Assembly: GCA_028534125.1 (NCBI GenBank)
Contig: CM052821.1
Span: 8,618,001-8,682,000, forward strand
Length of the DNA: 64,000 nucleotides
Source of the DNA: Lama glama
Lineage: Eukaryota
Reading direction: 5' to 3'
Part shown: piece after piece, positions 47,501-59,574 of the stretch
How positions within the stretch are numbered: position 1 is the stretch's first letter
How the letters are laid out: each line of letters starts with the position of its first letter
Program-made: the position numbers and the translations under genes
Notes under the pieces: model-generated
Databases searched by the model: none
What the model saw: only the letters and a program-made list of their open reading frames with translations
What the model was told of the DNA's origin: nothing

Positions 47501-50500
47501 GACATATGGGCTTTTTGAGAATGGAATTAAATGCTGAGTTTCCTGAAAGCAGAATTTGTGTTGAGTGTGAGACACACAGTTTATCACATACAGTTATAAT
47601 TAGTCATTCAGTGACCTCTCCTCTTTTATTCTTTCTGGCTTTTCTGCTCTCCCTTTTCTGGCCCCTTTCACTCTCCTTATTGAGTATGTGCTGGTTCTCT
47701 GAGGTGAACCTTTAAGATACGTGAAAGACCTTTAAAAATTCCCTCTTACTCATCCCAGAGTAAATAGCTGCTGCTGGTATACACTTTGGGCCCCCTGAGC
47801 TCCCAGTTGGTGGCCAGATGGTGTTTCTACATAACAGTGCTCTAGGGCAGGGTCTTAACATTTGCCTAATCAGAAAGAAAGCACCTTCTGAATCTCTCTC
47901 TCCTGGCTATCTTTTGCTTGACTCTGTCTCGGTATTTAAGTACAAAAATGGCCCTTCTAATTTGTTTGTGACTACAGTGTCTGTCAGACTGACAAAACAA
48001 TGTGCACCAGCCTGGGTGGTCTCTGAGGGCAGGGATTGTGCCTAGGTGAACCCCTGAAAAAGGACTAGAACTTGAAGACAGCTTCAGCACAGAGGATGTC
48101 AGATGGGGCTTGTACCTTTGTTTATAGGCCCTGAGAGGATGGAAGTCAACGCACGCAAGTCCCACTCACGGACAAGCCGCCTCCTCCCACCAGCTCACGT
48201 CCTGCTGGGAGGAGACTTGGGCCTCAGGGGACTAAAGTTCTGGGTAGAGTGGAGGCATCCGACATCAAGGAAAACTTGGGTGAAAATATCAAGCTTCTGA
48301 TCTCTGCACTCTTTTACCCGCAGCCAGATGGAGGCAAAGGCTGGTGTAATTTTTTCCCTAAGGTAAGCCTCAGGCACAGCAGCAGAATATAATGACATGA
48401 TTCTTGGACTAGAAAAGGGCTTAGTTCAAAGGCTAAGAGTGGTACAGGTAGTGAAATAGAGGGGATTTCTTTTCAGTGCCTTCTCAATTACTTTACCCAT
48501 CACTTTTCCCCAACCAGAAAGAGAGAGCTACTGTTTCTAAGACCATGGGAGTCTCGTATTATTTTTAGATTTTAACTTTAATGAAATTAGATCTTTATTC
48601 AGAGGAACAAAAGTTAAGAAATCTGTACAAAAGTTTCTCAGTTCCTGTGGTTTTATAATATTAGTACTTGTTCCAAGTTTTGTGTTTGCCTGTGTAGCAG
48701 TCTGTTGATAAGTAATGTTGTTAACATAGAGCAAAAAGTTAAGGTGGGACAGTCGGCTTGGCAGGACTGAGACATATCAACACCTTGAGCAAGCTAGTAT
48801 ACAACTCAGTGTCTGGGGCCAGCCAATAATATACTGCATGCTTGACTATATTTTAAATATTTGATAAGTGTTTGTATAGAAAAAAGACTGAAATCTGTGT
48901 GGTAGAAGAGCAGAAGAGGATTGTTCTGCTTAGCCAAAGTTTGGATCTGGGCTCTATTTGTATTTCCCTGCAATTAATACACATATTCTCCTAATAAGGA
49001 AATTTACCATGTCATTTGGGGCTTCTAACTCAGTCACTTTCAGTATTTCATATAACTGCATAGAATATTCTTGTAGAGAGTAGTTCTGGTAGATACAAAT
49101 GTTTCTCCATATTTTCATATTTCCACAAGGGAATTGTTAGGCATCTTCTTGCCTTAGCTTCCTGGACTGACAAGTCCAGCTACTTTTTTGAGGGAGAAAT
49201 ACTTAGATAAAGAAATGAAACTAAAACCTTGATCAGAGTCAGCATCACAGTAGGGTATGGGAAAGACAGGAGCAAGGGAAGTAATGTGGCCAGGGAGTTT
49301 AGTGAATGGAAATTTAATCTCACCTCCTTCTGTATATCCCTAAAAGCCATTAGCACCTGACAGAAGACAAAAATTATGGAAAAATTAATGTTATAGACTT
49401 TATTACAAAGGGATATAATATATAGAATCTCCCAGTTGGGCTGTAGAGTGTGAAGGCCAAGAGACTATGGCTTCCTAGCTGTAAGCAGTACATCCCATTG
49501 ATTTGGGGGCCACTGTTTCTCCATATGGTAAATGGGTGAAATACAGGAAGTTATTTAAAGAGCGCTGAGTTGTGAAAAAAGTGTAAATGAAACCCACTAT
49601 TATATTTCATTTCAGTTCATTGGTCCATGTTCTGAAGCTGAGCATAGCTGTTAAGATCAACCCATATTTGTATTTAGATTATAATACACAGGAGGACAAC
49701 ACCAAATGTTGGTGAATTTCTTCACAGAGCAGCTGCAACTCGAACTGCAACACAGCACAGCTGGAGCTCTCATACATTTTTAGAAGGAGTGTAGAATTGT
49801 GTGATGACTTTGGGGAAAAGCTCTGGCAGTTTCTTGTAAAACTAAAAATGCACCTATGCTGTCACTCATCCATAGATGGATACAATGACCATTGGAAATC
49901 TGAATTTCTTCAGTTTGGGGAGAGGATGAGGACTTTAAGACAGATGGCTGTATCTTATTTGGTGGAAATACAGAGTTTTTGTTGATATTCAGGAGTTTCA
50001 ACGTGTGTATAAGGGTGCATATGGAAGCTGAATAGTCAATGGGGTGGACTGTGCCAGTTATCAACTTACTGCGGCTCAACAACCCTGTGTTCACTCTTTG
50101 TTATATCATATTTATCTTTTATTAGGTCATAGGTATCCATTTATGTAGGATGGTTTTCTGACCCATATCTAAGCAACTCATTCTTTAGTACTAAAATAAT
50201 TGTAAGAACATTATTCTAACATTTAAATTAAGATTATTTCTTTCTGTAAAACTTATAGGAAGAGTCACTGAAAATCATAGAGAATAAAAAGGTTGATCAC
50301 GTTACTCATTTCATATAATATTGTTCAATGCGGGCTTGCAGGAAAGGCTATAAAGACTTCCACTTACTTAAAAAAATTTTTTAAACATCCATAATCTTTG
50401 ATTTAATAAAGTCTTTTTCTGCTTGGCTTCATATGGGCAATTGACATTGTAAGTTCAGAAGGGATCAGTTGTCCTCTAATTCTCATCTCCATGTCAGAGT

Positions 50501-53500
50501 TTAAATGTACATACAACTAGAATGTCAAGATTGGGAAGCTGAAGTAGCTGATGTTTTTGAGAAGGTCTCAGAAACTCCAAGTAAATATCTATCTTCTGTG
50601 AAAGTTCCCAACAGTTTGCTTTGGCTGTCTATGGGCATAACGAGCTTCTGCAGTGACGTACCAGTCAAAAATAGGGTGAAATCTGGCATTTTCATGTTTG
50701 AGAATTAGTTACCTTGGTTGTCATTTTCCTGTTGCTGGGAAACCAAGGACATTTTGTCAAAGTGAAAAAGACATCCCTTTTTATAGAAATTAAAAGAATT
50801 TACTCTCACATTCATTAAATATAAGTCTTTTTAAAGCAGTTTCAACAGGGAAATATATACAAGATCCTGTGGTATCTCACAGCGAAAAAAATGTGACAAT
50901 GAATATATGTATGTTCATGGATAACTAAAAAATTGTGCTCTACACTGGAATTTGATGCAGCATTGTAAAATGAATATAACTCAATAAAAAATGTTAAAAA
51001 AAAAAGCAATTTCAGAAAGTAGGGCTTACTAATGTAGATTCTGAAACTAACTGCTTATGGCATTGCTTCAGGTGGAAGGCTGAAGGTAACAGGTTCTCAT
51101 CGGTGACCTACTGGGCCTATGTTTCTTTTCCAACTCATAGTTTTCAGAACCCAAAACATTCTCTTGATAGGATTCAGTAATTTCATTCATTATCAAAAAT
51201 GATTTATCTGTCTTCTACAAAAGAAGATACTTTTCAACTGGATCTCTTATGCAATTTAAATGATTTAATCTAATTTCCTTGAAGTAAAATTAAAGTATTA
51301 TCTTTTTCATAACCAAAGAAAGGGCAGTTCTTCATATCCAAGTGTGGACTCATTTCTTTTACTTCTTTTTAACACTTTAGGAGTGTCTAGTAACAGGTCT
51401 GAGTTTCTCAAATCTAATAAATTAAAGAACGGGAAAGCTCCAGGCATACTTTTTTACTTTTAGCCAGTATTCACATTTAAATTATTGTCAATAAATTTGG
51501 AAATATGTAGAACATTTTGAAGTGTTAAAAAAATGTTGTTGGCAACCTCTGATGCCACAGAGCAAATCTGGCATTTGTGCTTCTTCAGAATCTTTATCAA
51601 AATACTCTAAAGAAAATTTGGTAACAAAGAAGTGTAGTAACAAAGCAATTTATCATTGTAAATAATGCAAAGCAGAATGATGTCCAACTATTGAAATTAT
51701 GTTGAAATTATATCTGAATGACATAAGCAAATTTTATGTCTTTTAATGTCTTGATATAGATCTTCTAGACATAGTCAGTGGGAGAAAACAATCCTCCTCT
51801 GTGCTAATGACAAGATCCTAATCATGTTCCAGACAGGAACTCCAGAAGCAATGGGACCACTTAGCATATTACACTCCGAAACAACAGCTCACTAGTAATT
51901 ATACAAAAGTTAGTCATTTTATGGACTTAATTTGGGATTCAAGTAGATAAAACTAAACACCTGTACTCTTCAGGTTGATTCTTTTATTTTTTTGAGAGTT
52001 TTATTTTGGAGCTAACTCATTCTGGAGGGGCTAAATCTTTATATTCTATGATACAGGAATCAAGGGTCACAGTCAAGTGTTTGTCAGACAATTTAAGTGG
52101 CTCTAGAAGTAAAATAGCTTTCTTTCTGATCAGAAATGGAGTTAGAATCTTTAATTGGTAACAACAAAATGGTAACATTGCCTTCTTCTCTCTGAGAGTT
52201 AAAATAAATGGCTTTTTCAGTATTTGCCCTAAGGTGCTGGCTAGTGGATGAGCAACTATTCATTACATAGTGCTTGTTAAAAGGCTAGCAGAGAAAAAAC
52301 ATTTGAAAGGGCTTATCTAATGAATAGGTGGATGTTGAGAATGGACACTGAGATGCACAGATACAAGGAGTCTCTATGAGGGTTTGGGACTGGATGAGTA
52401 ATAGAACAAGCTGGGAGGGAGCATGGTAATTCTTCACCATCAATCAGCAGATTGTTCAAGGGGAAAGAGAAATTTGCTCCTTTAAGTCCCCTCTCCCTTC
52501 TCCTATCTCTCACCATGCTGTCAAAGATGACCCTCATGTACTCACCTGGTCCCACAGGGTTTCAGTGATTGTTACCTGTATTTCCTGTTGAAATAAGAGA
52601 CAAATCTTGGGTGAAATGAGAGACAAATCTTGGGAATGTTACCCTAACTCTCCTGGAATCTGAACTGACGCATCATGAAGCTGACAGAATACAAAGTACT
52701 TTTTGGAATTGAGATGCATGCTTGAAGTCATGCCATTTGTCAGGCAGCCCAAAGTCTTCTTCAGCCCTACTATGTCATTTTCAGCCTGTACCTTCTGTCA
52801 TCTCTTTATCTAATCAGTAGGTGATAGGTATAAACAGACTCACATGTTTACCCACCTTATTAACACTTACATAGTCTGCCTGCTCCTGGAGTCATCAAGT
52901 ATAGTAGTGGCATTGAAGGTGTTACCTGGTTTTAGCAGACAGTGACCTACCAGCTGGTCAAGGCACTCTGACCTACAATGCCAAAGTCCTCCAAGATATG
53001 GTCCTCGTTAGGCACTTTTCCCATCTCCTGGCCACACAGCCTTTCCACCTTTGTTATCCCCAGGACCCAGGATCCCCAAAGGAACCAGTGTATTTGGAAG
53101 TCTTACCCACCTCTGGTCTCATTGTGTCTTCAATGGGTTTTCTGGAAAGAAAGGGTGATATAAATCTGTTGAGGCACTGGGTAGGTGACATCAGCAAAAT
53201 GGCAGTATAGGAGATTACAGCCCTCATATCCTCAACAGAAAACATCAAATTTTGACAACCATCCTTGGATGGAAATATCTTTATGGGAAACCAGGAGCCC
53301 AGTGGAGAGATTCCAGCACCACATTCAAGAAAAAAAAAATCCATGAATAGATGCATTCAAATGGGTAAGAAAAATAGTTTCACTTTACTCATGTCACTCC
53401 TCCCCAAAGGCAGCATAGCTTAGTGCCAATAGGGACCCTTTCAGCCTGTGATTTCTTCTGTCAGGGAAAGTGAGAGTGGAATGAACACCTTGATTCCCCA

Positions 53501-56500
53501 GCCTTGTAAGACATTGACTTAAAGGCCCACTTCTGCTTCACCCTACCCAGATTACTGAAGTAATTGGCGTAGCTGAATCATGTTGGGGGGAGCTGGGAAC
53601 ACGAAAAAGGGGTGGGCACAGGTGGCATCTATCACATGGATCTCAAAAACCAGCTGCAGATCCTACTAGCTGGTTTGTGGACTCCACCAAGAGGGCAACC
53701 CGTGAACACTGTGGGACTCCTCAACTGCAGGTCACCCCCTCAGCTGACTGACATGTGCCCCCAGCACTTCACACACCCCCCAAGATGGTGCACGCAAGCC
53801 TCTTCAGACAGGATGTAGATATCAGTATCTGGCTCAACTATGTGGGGATGGGAGAAGATGTGCCATCTTGAATGCTCCCGGGCACCACAATGGGGAAAAG
53901 AAACAGGAGGCTCTAAGCTCCCAAAATGACTTTATGGGATTAAGGCACAAAATCCTAAGCACAAAATCCTAAGGCACAAAATCTTTAAGAGAGAACAAGA
54001 AGACAAGGGTAAATGCATCCATAGGAAAGGCCTGAGACTGCCCCCCACCCCCATTCCCACCAAATCTTTAACTGGGCTGATTGGTGAAGAAGATCTTTCA
54101 CTCCTGAAGTCAGTCAGTAACGAATGGAAGAGGGGACTGCTTCTTCAGATAAAAAGACCACAATGCAACAGGAAGAATCAAGAAAACATAACACCACCAA
54201 AGAAACAAAATAAAGCTTCAGTGATGGATCCCAAAGAAATGAGATCCATGAGTTGCCTAAGAAGTAATTCCAAACAGTTATATTAAGTAGGCTCAGTGAA
54301 CCACAAGAGAACATGGACAACTAATGGANNNNNNNNNNNNNNNNNNNNNNNNNNNNNNNNNNNNNNNNNNNNNNNNNNNNNNNNNNNNNNNNNNNNNNNN
54401 NNNNNNNNNNNNNNNNNNNNNNNNNNNNNNNNNNNNNNNNNNNNNNNNNNNNNNNNNNNNNNNNNNNNNNNNNNNNNNNNNNNNNNNAACTTGGAGACAG
54501 ATAATTTGAAATCCAGAGAAATAAAAATTTTAAAAAGAATGCAAAAGTGTGAGGAAAGCCTATGTGACTTATGAGAAACTATCACATGGCATAATACGGG
54601 CACTTTGAGAGCCCCAGAAAGAACAGGGAAAGGGAAAAGGATAGAAAACTTATTTAAAGAAATAATAACAGAAAATGTCCCAAATCTGGGATGGGAAATT
54701 AACATCTAGATCTGTGATGCTCAAAAATTCCAGAGAAGCTGAACATCAAGAGGTCTTCACCGATACATTATAATCAAATTGTCTAAAGTCAAAGAGAATT
54801 TGGAAAGCAGCAAGAAAAAGTGAATGCCACATTCAAGGGAACTCCTGAAAGACTATCAGGGGACTTCTCAGCACACATCTTGTAGGCCAGGAGGGAGTAG
54901 GAAGATAGAATCAAAGTATCAAAAGGAAAAAACCTGCTAACTAAGAATATTTTACCTGGCAAAGCTGTCCTTCAGAAATGAAGCAGAGATAAAGACTTTC
55001 CCAGACAAACAAAAGCTTTATCACCTCTAGACTTGGCATACAACAAATGCTAAAGGGAGTTCTTCAAGTTGAAATGAAAGGATGATAGCATAATGAAAAC
55101 ATAAGTAATAAGTCTCACTGGAAAAGGTAAGTATATAGTCTGATTCAGAATACTTTAATACTCTAAGTGTGGTGCTTTAATCACTTTTAATACTAGTATG
55201 AAAGTTTAAACAGAAGAATGAAAAATAAATATAGCTGCAATAATTTTTAATGGATACACATTATAAAAAGATGTAAATAGTGATCAGTAACATAAAATGT
55301 GGGGAAGGGGTGAAAAAAAATGAAGTTTTTGTATGCAGTCACAGCTGTTCAGCTTAAAAAAGATACAGTATAGGATGTTCTGTGTAAGCCTCATGGTAAC
55401 CACAAAGAAAAAACCTTTAGTAGATACACAGAAGATAAAAAGGAATCAAAGCATGCTGTTATAAAAATTCAACAAATCACAGAAGATGACAGCAAGAGAG
55501 GAAGAAAGGAACAAGAGAACTATAAAATAGAGCACAACAACATGGTAATGGTAATTATTGGTAATTATCAACTAGGCAAGAGTTAAGAAGTGTTGACGAG
55601 GATGTAGAGGAAAGGAATTTTNNNNNNNNNNNNNNNNNNNNNNNNNNNNNNNNNNNNNNNNNNNNNNNNNNNNNNNNNNNNNNNNNNNNNNNNNNNNNNN
55701 NNNNNNNNNNNNNNNNNNNNNNNNNNNNNNNNNNNNNNNNNNNNNNNNNNNNNAATTATTGTTTTTAACAGATACCTGCATTCCTATGTTCATTGCAGCA
55801 TTATTCAGAACAGCCAAAATATGGAAACAACTTAATGTCCATGATGGATGGGTGGCTAGGGACAGCTCTTCCTCAGTCTAAGTCCACACCACGACCCTTA
55901 TCCTGAAAACCTCCTTACTTTTAAGATTCTTCTCCCCATGGATTTCATCTGCCTATTCTAGGGAGTAGGGAGGGGAGAGAAAATAAAACAGAACTGGGCT
56001 CATCTTGAGTTTTCTCTTCTAGTTTCTCCTCTAGCTGAGTTTTAATTCAAATCCTTGTAAACGGAGATAGTGAATAATTGACAAACTGAGTAAATGATAC
56101 TGGGGGAAAGGGTTAGGAGGGGGTGTGTGTGTGGTGTGATATGAAAGAGAATATTTTATATATATACATTATATGTATATTTTTATATTATATATATATA
56201 TATAAAAAGAGACAGACAAGAGGATTAGAGGAGGGGGGAAAGGGGGGTGAGGGGGCGGGAGGAGAGGAGAAGAGATGCACTCACAGTATTATTCTAGTCA
56301 TTTGTTACTGGAAATTGAGGCTGAAGAAGATCGAGACTCTATTAACCAGGCACTGAAGTAGGTGCCTTGATCCACATATCTTATCCTCAAACAGTGGACT
56401 GGGCTATTTACTGTGCAGCAAACTGAGGCTCTGATAGTAGTGAAAAAGCTGAGATTCCAGCCCAGGTCTGTTTGATTCCGCTCTTTGTTAATGGCTTCTC

Positions 56501-57733
56501 CAAAAGAGGACACATTTTATAGCTGAATCATCAAAAGCCTAACTGCATGCAGTGGGAAGAATTTGGGGACAAAATAGTTTGTTTGAATTCCAACTTCACC
56601 GTGTTCCAGTTCCAGGACCTTTGGCAAGTATCTTTGCCTATGTGAATTTGTTTCTACACCTAAGAAACAGGAGGAGTGATCTTTAGGTTTTGGGGGGATG
56701 GGTGTGAATCATAAGCCTTTGTAGCTGTTAAGTTTTCAAATATTATTATTCGTTCATTTCAAATAATACTGTTATTTCAATTACTGTAATAGTAATACTG
56801 TTATTACTATTTTTAGAGTGTCTTGCCCACTTCTGCTGCCAAAGCATCAGTTTATCAGCAGAGAAATCAGGTCTTTGATGTGGTTTATGAGCTTTCCTGT
56901 AAAGAACTCTCAGATACTCCAGTGTCTACTTCCTGTTTTCTCCTCGGGGTTCTGCAGCTGTCCAGAAGAGAATTCATACTCTTAGAATAGGTTTCCATCT
57001 TCCTTCAAGTTTCAGCCTTCTCAATACCTCACTGGCTCTCAGACTTGAGGCCCAGTTAATTATTCTGGGCATTTAAATAAGATAGTCAGCCTAGAAACCT
57101 AGAAGACACTTTTAACTCTTTCTTTCTGAATTCCTACAAATTCTTACCTCAGGGTATCTCCTGCATACTTCAAAAGCTCAAGCCAAGTGTCAATTCTTTC
57201 CTGACCCATAAGTTTACAGCAAGCATCCCGTTTTTTTTGATTTTATTGATAATATTGCCTGGATCTTGTATTCAGTCTCAAGCAGTAGATTCTGGCCCTT
57301 CCCTCCACCCCAGGACAAGGAAAGCATGGTTTCAGGTGTCTAGACTTGCTTTACATTGTAGGGGACATAAGGACTTCTTAGAGTAAGTTGGCCTTAGGAT
57401 AAATAAATGTTCCTGGATTATATACCCAACTAACTCCTAGAGAAATGTCAGATTGATGCCCACCCTCTACATTAGAATGATACAGGTTTGCTTTTGTTCC
57501 TTCCATTAAGGAGGTGGGGAGGAGAGACGACACGTGCAGATTCCAGCCTTCCCCAACCAGCAGATAGGTGCGGCCATAGGAGGAATGGGAGACAGGGGAC
57601 CCTGTTTCTTCTCCCATAGAGAATATTCAATCTAAGGACTTTTGAGCATCTTTATTAGCCCCACTTACCTTATCTGCTGCTTGGAGGTCCTTCCTGACTT
57701 TTGTTCTTGATCCTGGAAAGCATGCTGTGCCAT
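44407..57733 (-). CDS. C12orf54: C12orf54 orthologue, spliced CDS: join(57733-57669, 53141-53111, 52584-52546, 49356-49324, 47418-47394, 45766-45718, 44548-44407), 127 aa
   Basis: All six introns are GT-AG with matching phases, and the exons total 384 nt. Protein: [127 protein letters not shown]. This is recognisably similar to human C12orf54 (MAQHPCQDQEQK...[26 protein letters not shown]), which lies next to OR8S1. Confidence 0.93.
45718..45766 (-). CDS. C12orf54: C12orf54 exon ([17 protein letters not shown])
   Basis: tccccctcag| ... |gtaagt. Confidence 0.9.
46735..46910. mobile_element. MER5A-like DNA transposon (MITE)
   Basis: accagcagcacatcacatgggagcctcttagaaatacagaatc..caggccacccc..gacctgctgaatcaaaatctgctttttaacagg..ccaggtgatt. 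Confidence 0.8.
47394..47418 (-). CDS. C12orf54: C12orf54 25-nt micro-exon (LQEDARTR)
   Basis: tatttttcag|CTCCAGGAAGATGCTCGGACTCGAG|gtaaaa. Confidence 0.9.
49324..49356 (-). CDS. C12orf54: C12orf54 33-nt exon ([11 protein letters not shown])
   Basis: tcttctgtcag| ... |gtgaga. Confidence 0.9.
50845..51006 (+). mobile_element. Short L1 3' end with A tail
   Basis: acagggaaatatatacaagatcctgtggtatctcacag..gtgctctacactggaatttg..actcaataaaaaatgttaaaaaaaaaa. Confidence 0.85.
52546..52584 (-). CDS. C12orf54: C12orf54 39-nt exon ([13 protein letters not shown])
   Basis: ttatttcaacag| ... |gtgagt. Confidence 0.92.
53111..53141 (-). CDS. C12orf54: C12orf54 31-nt exon ([10 protein letters not shown])
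   Basis: ctttctttccag| ... |gtgggt. Confidence 0.9.
53180..55850 (+). mobile_element. L1 with 5'UTR, degenerate ORF1 and ORF2 start, joined to an ORF2 3' piece (intronic, antisense to C12orf54)
   Basis: The 5' terminus gacatcagcaaaatggcag is YY1-like. ORF1 phrases include gaaaacttatttaaagaaataataacagaaaa and aaagactttcccagacaaac. The sequence jumps at ~55570 to aagtgttgacgaggatgtagaggaaagg and tgttcattgcagcattattc. Confidence 0.85.
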
Positions 57734-57790
57734 TTGTCCTTGAACAGAAGTCAGAGACTCTGGAGCTGAAGATGGAGATGGCTCCATGTC
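57669..57790 (-). CDS. C12orf54: C12orf54 first coding exon (ATG at 57733; in-frame upstream ATG at 57787)
   Basis: tttccccag|GACATGGAGCC...CAAATGGCACAGCAT...ATAAG|gtaagt. Confidence 0.9.
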
Positions 57791-58486
57791 CTGGGGAAAC
57801 ATAAATGAATAGGGGGAGAGAGCAGGTGTGTAGTGAGAAGAGAGCACTTGCCAGTGGAGAACTACCAGGACAGATGCCTCAGTAGTTCAGGAAGCATCTG
57901 TGTTTTGAATGGGTCAGTGTGTTTGTGTGTGAGTGTGTTTGTGTTTGTGTGAAAGTGTGTATAAAGAAAGATAAGGGTGAGAGGAGGAAGGAAGTGTTTG
58001 CCCCAGATAAAGTCTCCTTGCCATCTTTTTCAGTAAGAACATAAATTCCAGTGAGAAGGTGGGTAGAAAAAAATAGAAGAGAAACTAAGTAAAAAATAAT
58101 AGCTGGCTAGGGTTGGGGCTAGGAAATTGGCCAGAGGCTCCGTGAGGGGAAGGTGGGTCCTCAGGCAGGGATAGGAAATAGTGTGTAATGGATTCAAGAC
58201 TGGAAAAGTCCCCATCCCATCCTACCTCACGGTCACAATCTTCACGGTCAACTAAGGGTAGCACTGTAGGCTGGAGGTCTGTCAGCTCCAGCCTTCAAGT
58301 GTTTGTAGGGAAGAGAAAAACCCCACAGTTGATACTGTTAAAAACACGTGGGGCTGAGAGGTCAAATCAGTGACCCAGGCAGAGTTGAATCCTCCTTTGA
58401 CAAGTTGCTTCCCAGTTCCCCGCTCTCATCCTTCCTCACCTCCAAACTCTAGTCAGGAACTAGGGCAATTATGTCCAGAAACTTAC

Positions 58487-58640
58487 CCAGGTGGGCTCCC
58501 CAAGCTGTTCTTCTCCCCACCCCTTCCCCCCTAGAATTTCTCCTCCTCAAGCCCCATCTCAGAACAGCCTCATCTCATCTGTGCCTTTGTCAGCCTAGCC
58601 CTGTTCAACTCTTCTGTGACCTCAGCTGTGACCTCATAGA
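58487..58640 (-). promoter_or_regulatory. C12orf54: Predicted C12orf54 non-coding exon 1 and promoter with two CRE-like TGAGGTCA motifs
   Basis: Donor TGG|GTAAGT at 58487. TGACCTCA occurs at 58617-58624 and 58629-58636. The TSS cannot be determined from sequence. Confidence 0.5.
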
Positions 58641-58839
58641 TCTGAGACACCTGGCTCTCCCCCCACCCTCAGCCCAGGTTTCATTCCATCTAGGTGGTAA
58701 TGATAAAATAGTGAGCTAATATTGTGAAATTTTAGTTTTAATTTGTGGGAATTTTTGCTGCATCACTGACCTCCACCCATTGCATTAGACATTCACTACT
58801 TCTGAGAGTCAGTAGGAATGAGCCCAGAAAAAGAATCAG

Positions 58840-59050
58840 TTATTTATTTATTTATTTTAAACATTTTTTATTGATTTATAATCATTTTACAATGTTGTGT
58901 CAAATACCAGTGTAGAGCACAATTTTTCAGTTATTCATGAACATATATATATTCATTGTCACATTTTTTTCTCTGTGAGCTACCATAAGATCTTGTATAT
59001 ATTTCCCTCTGCTATACAGTATTATCTTGTTTATCTATTGTACATTTTGA
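58840..59050 (-). mobile_element. Short L1 3' end, antisense
   Basis: Reverse complement of the same family as the 50845 element (tttttattgatttataatcattttacaatgttgtgtcaaat..gtagagcacaa). Confidence 0.85.
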
Positions 59051-59574
59051 AAAAAATTTTTTGGATAGACTGGGATTTCAAAGTTTTATATTTTTAATTT
59101 CAAAACAGGGTCTAAAAAGTTCGGCTTTGATTTCAAGAGCTAGGTCCTTGAGAGAACTGGTTTTGTGTTGAATTCCAAAAGTCTTTGACTTGAAAGATCA
59201 AGAGAGATTGATGAATTATCATGACTGTATAGCCTTAGGATGAAAACCGTTTTCTGCAGGAAAAAATAGTGGTATGTATAGATATTTAAAAATAGGTGTA
59301 ATAGTGCCAAAAAGAAGGCAGGAAGTGAATATTCGAGAAGAGATAAGTTAGATGTAGGTGTGTAGCTCTGAGGGGGACCCGCTGCTTTTTGGTGATGGTA
59401 CATGTAAAATCCCCCAATATGTTTAAAAATCTGAGAATAGAAGGAAACAGGGACCTACTTCCTCCCTGCAACTGGAAACCCAGGAAGAACAGCCACAGGG
59501 AGTGTACTGAGCCAACAGGAGGAGATTGTGGTAAAATGTATGTTGGCAAACAGGGTTTAAGATAGTACCTTCCA

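Noticed and set aside
56761-56811. AT-rich hairpins (AATAGTAATA-ctgt-TATTACTATT)
   Set aside because: Low-complexity AT-rich sequence at the end of a MIR-like element, where short inverted repeats are expected by chance or slippage.
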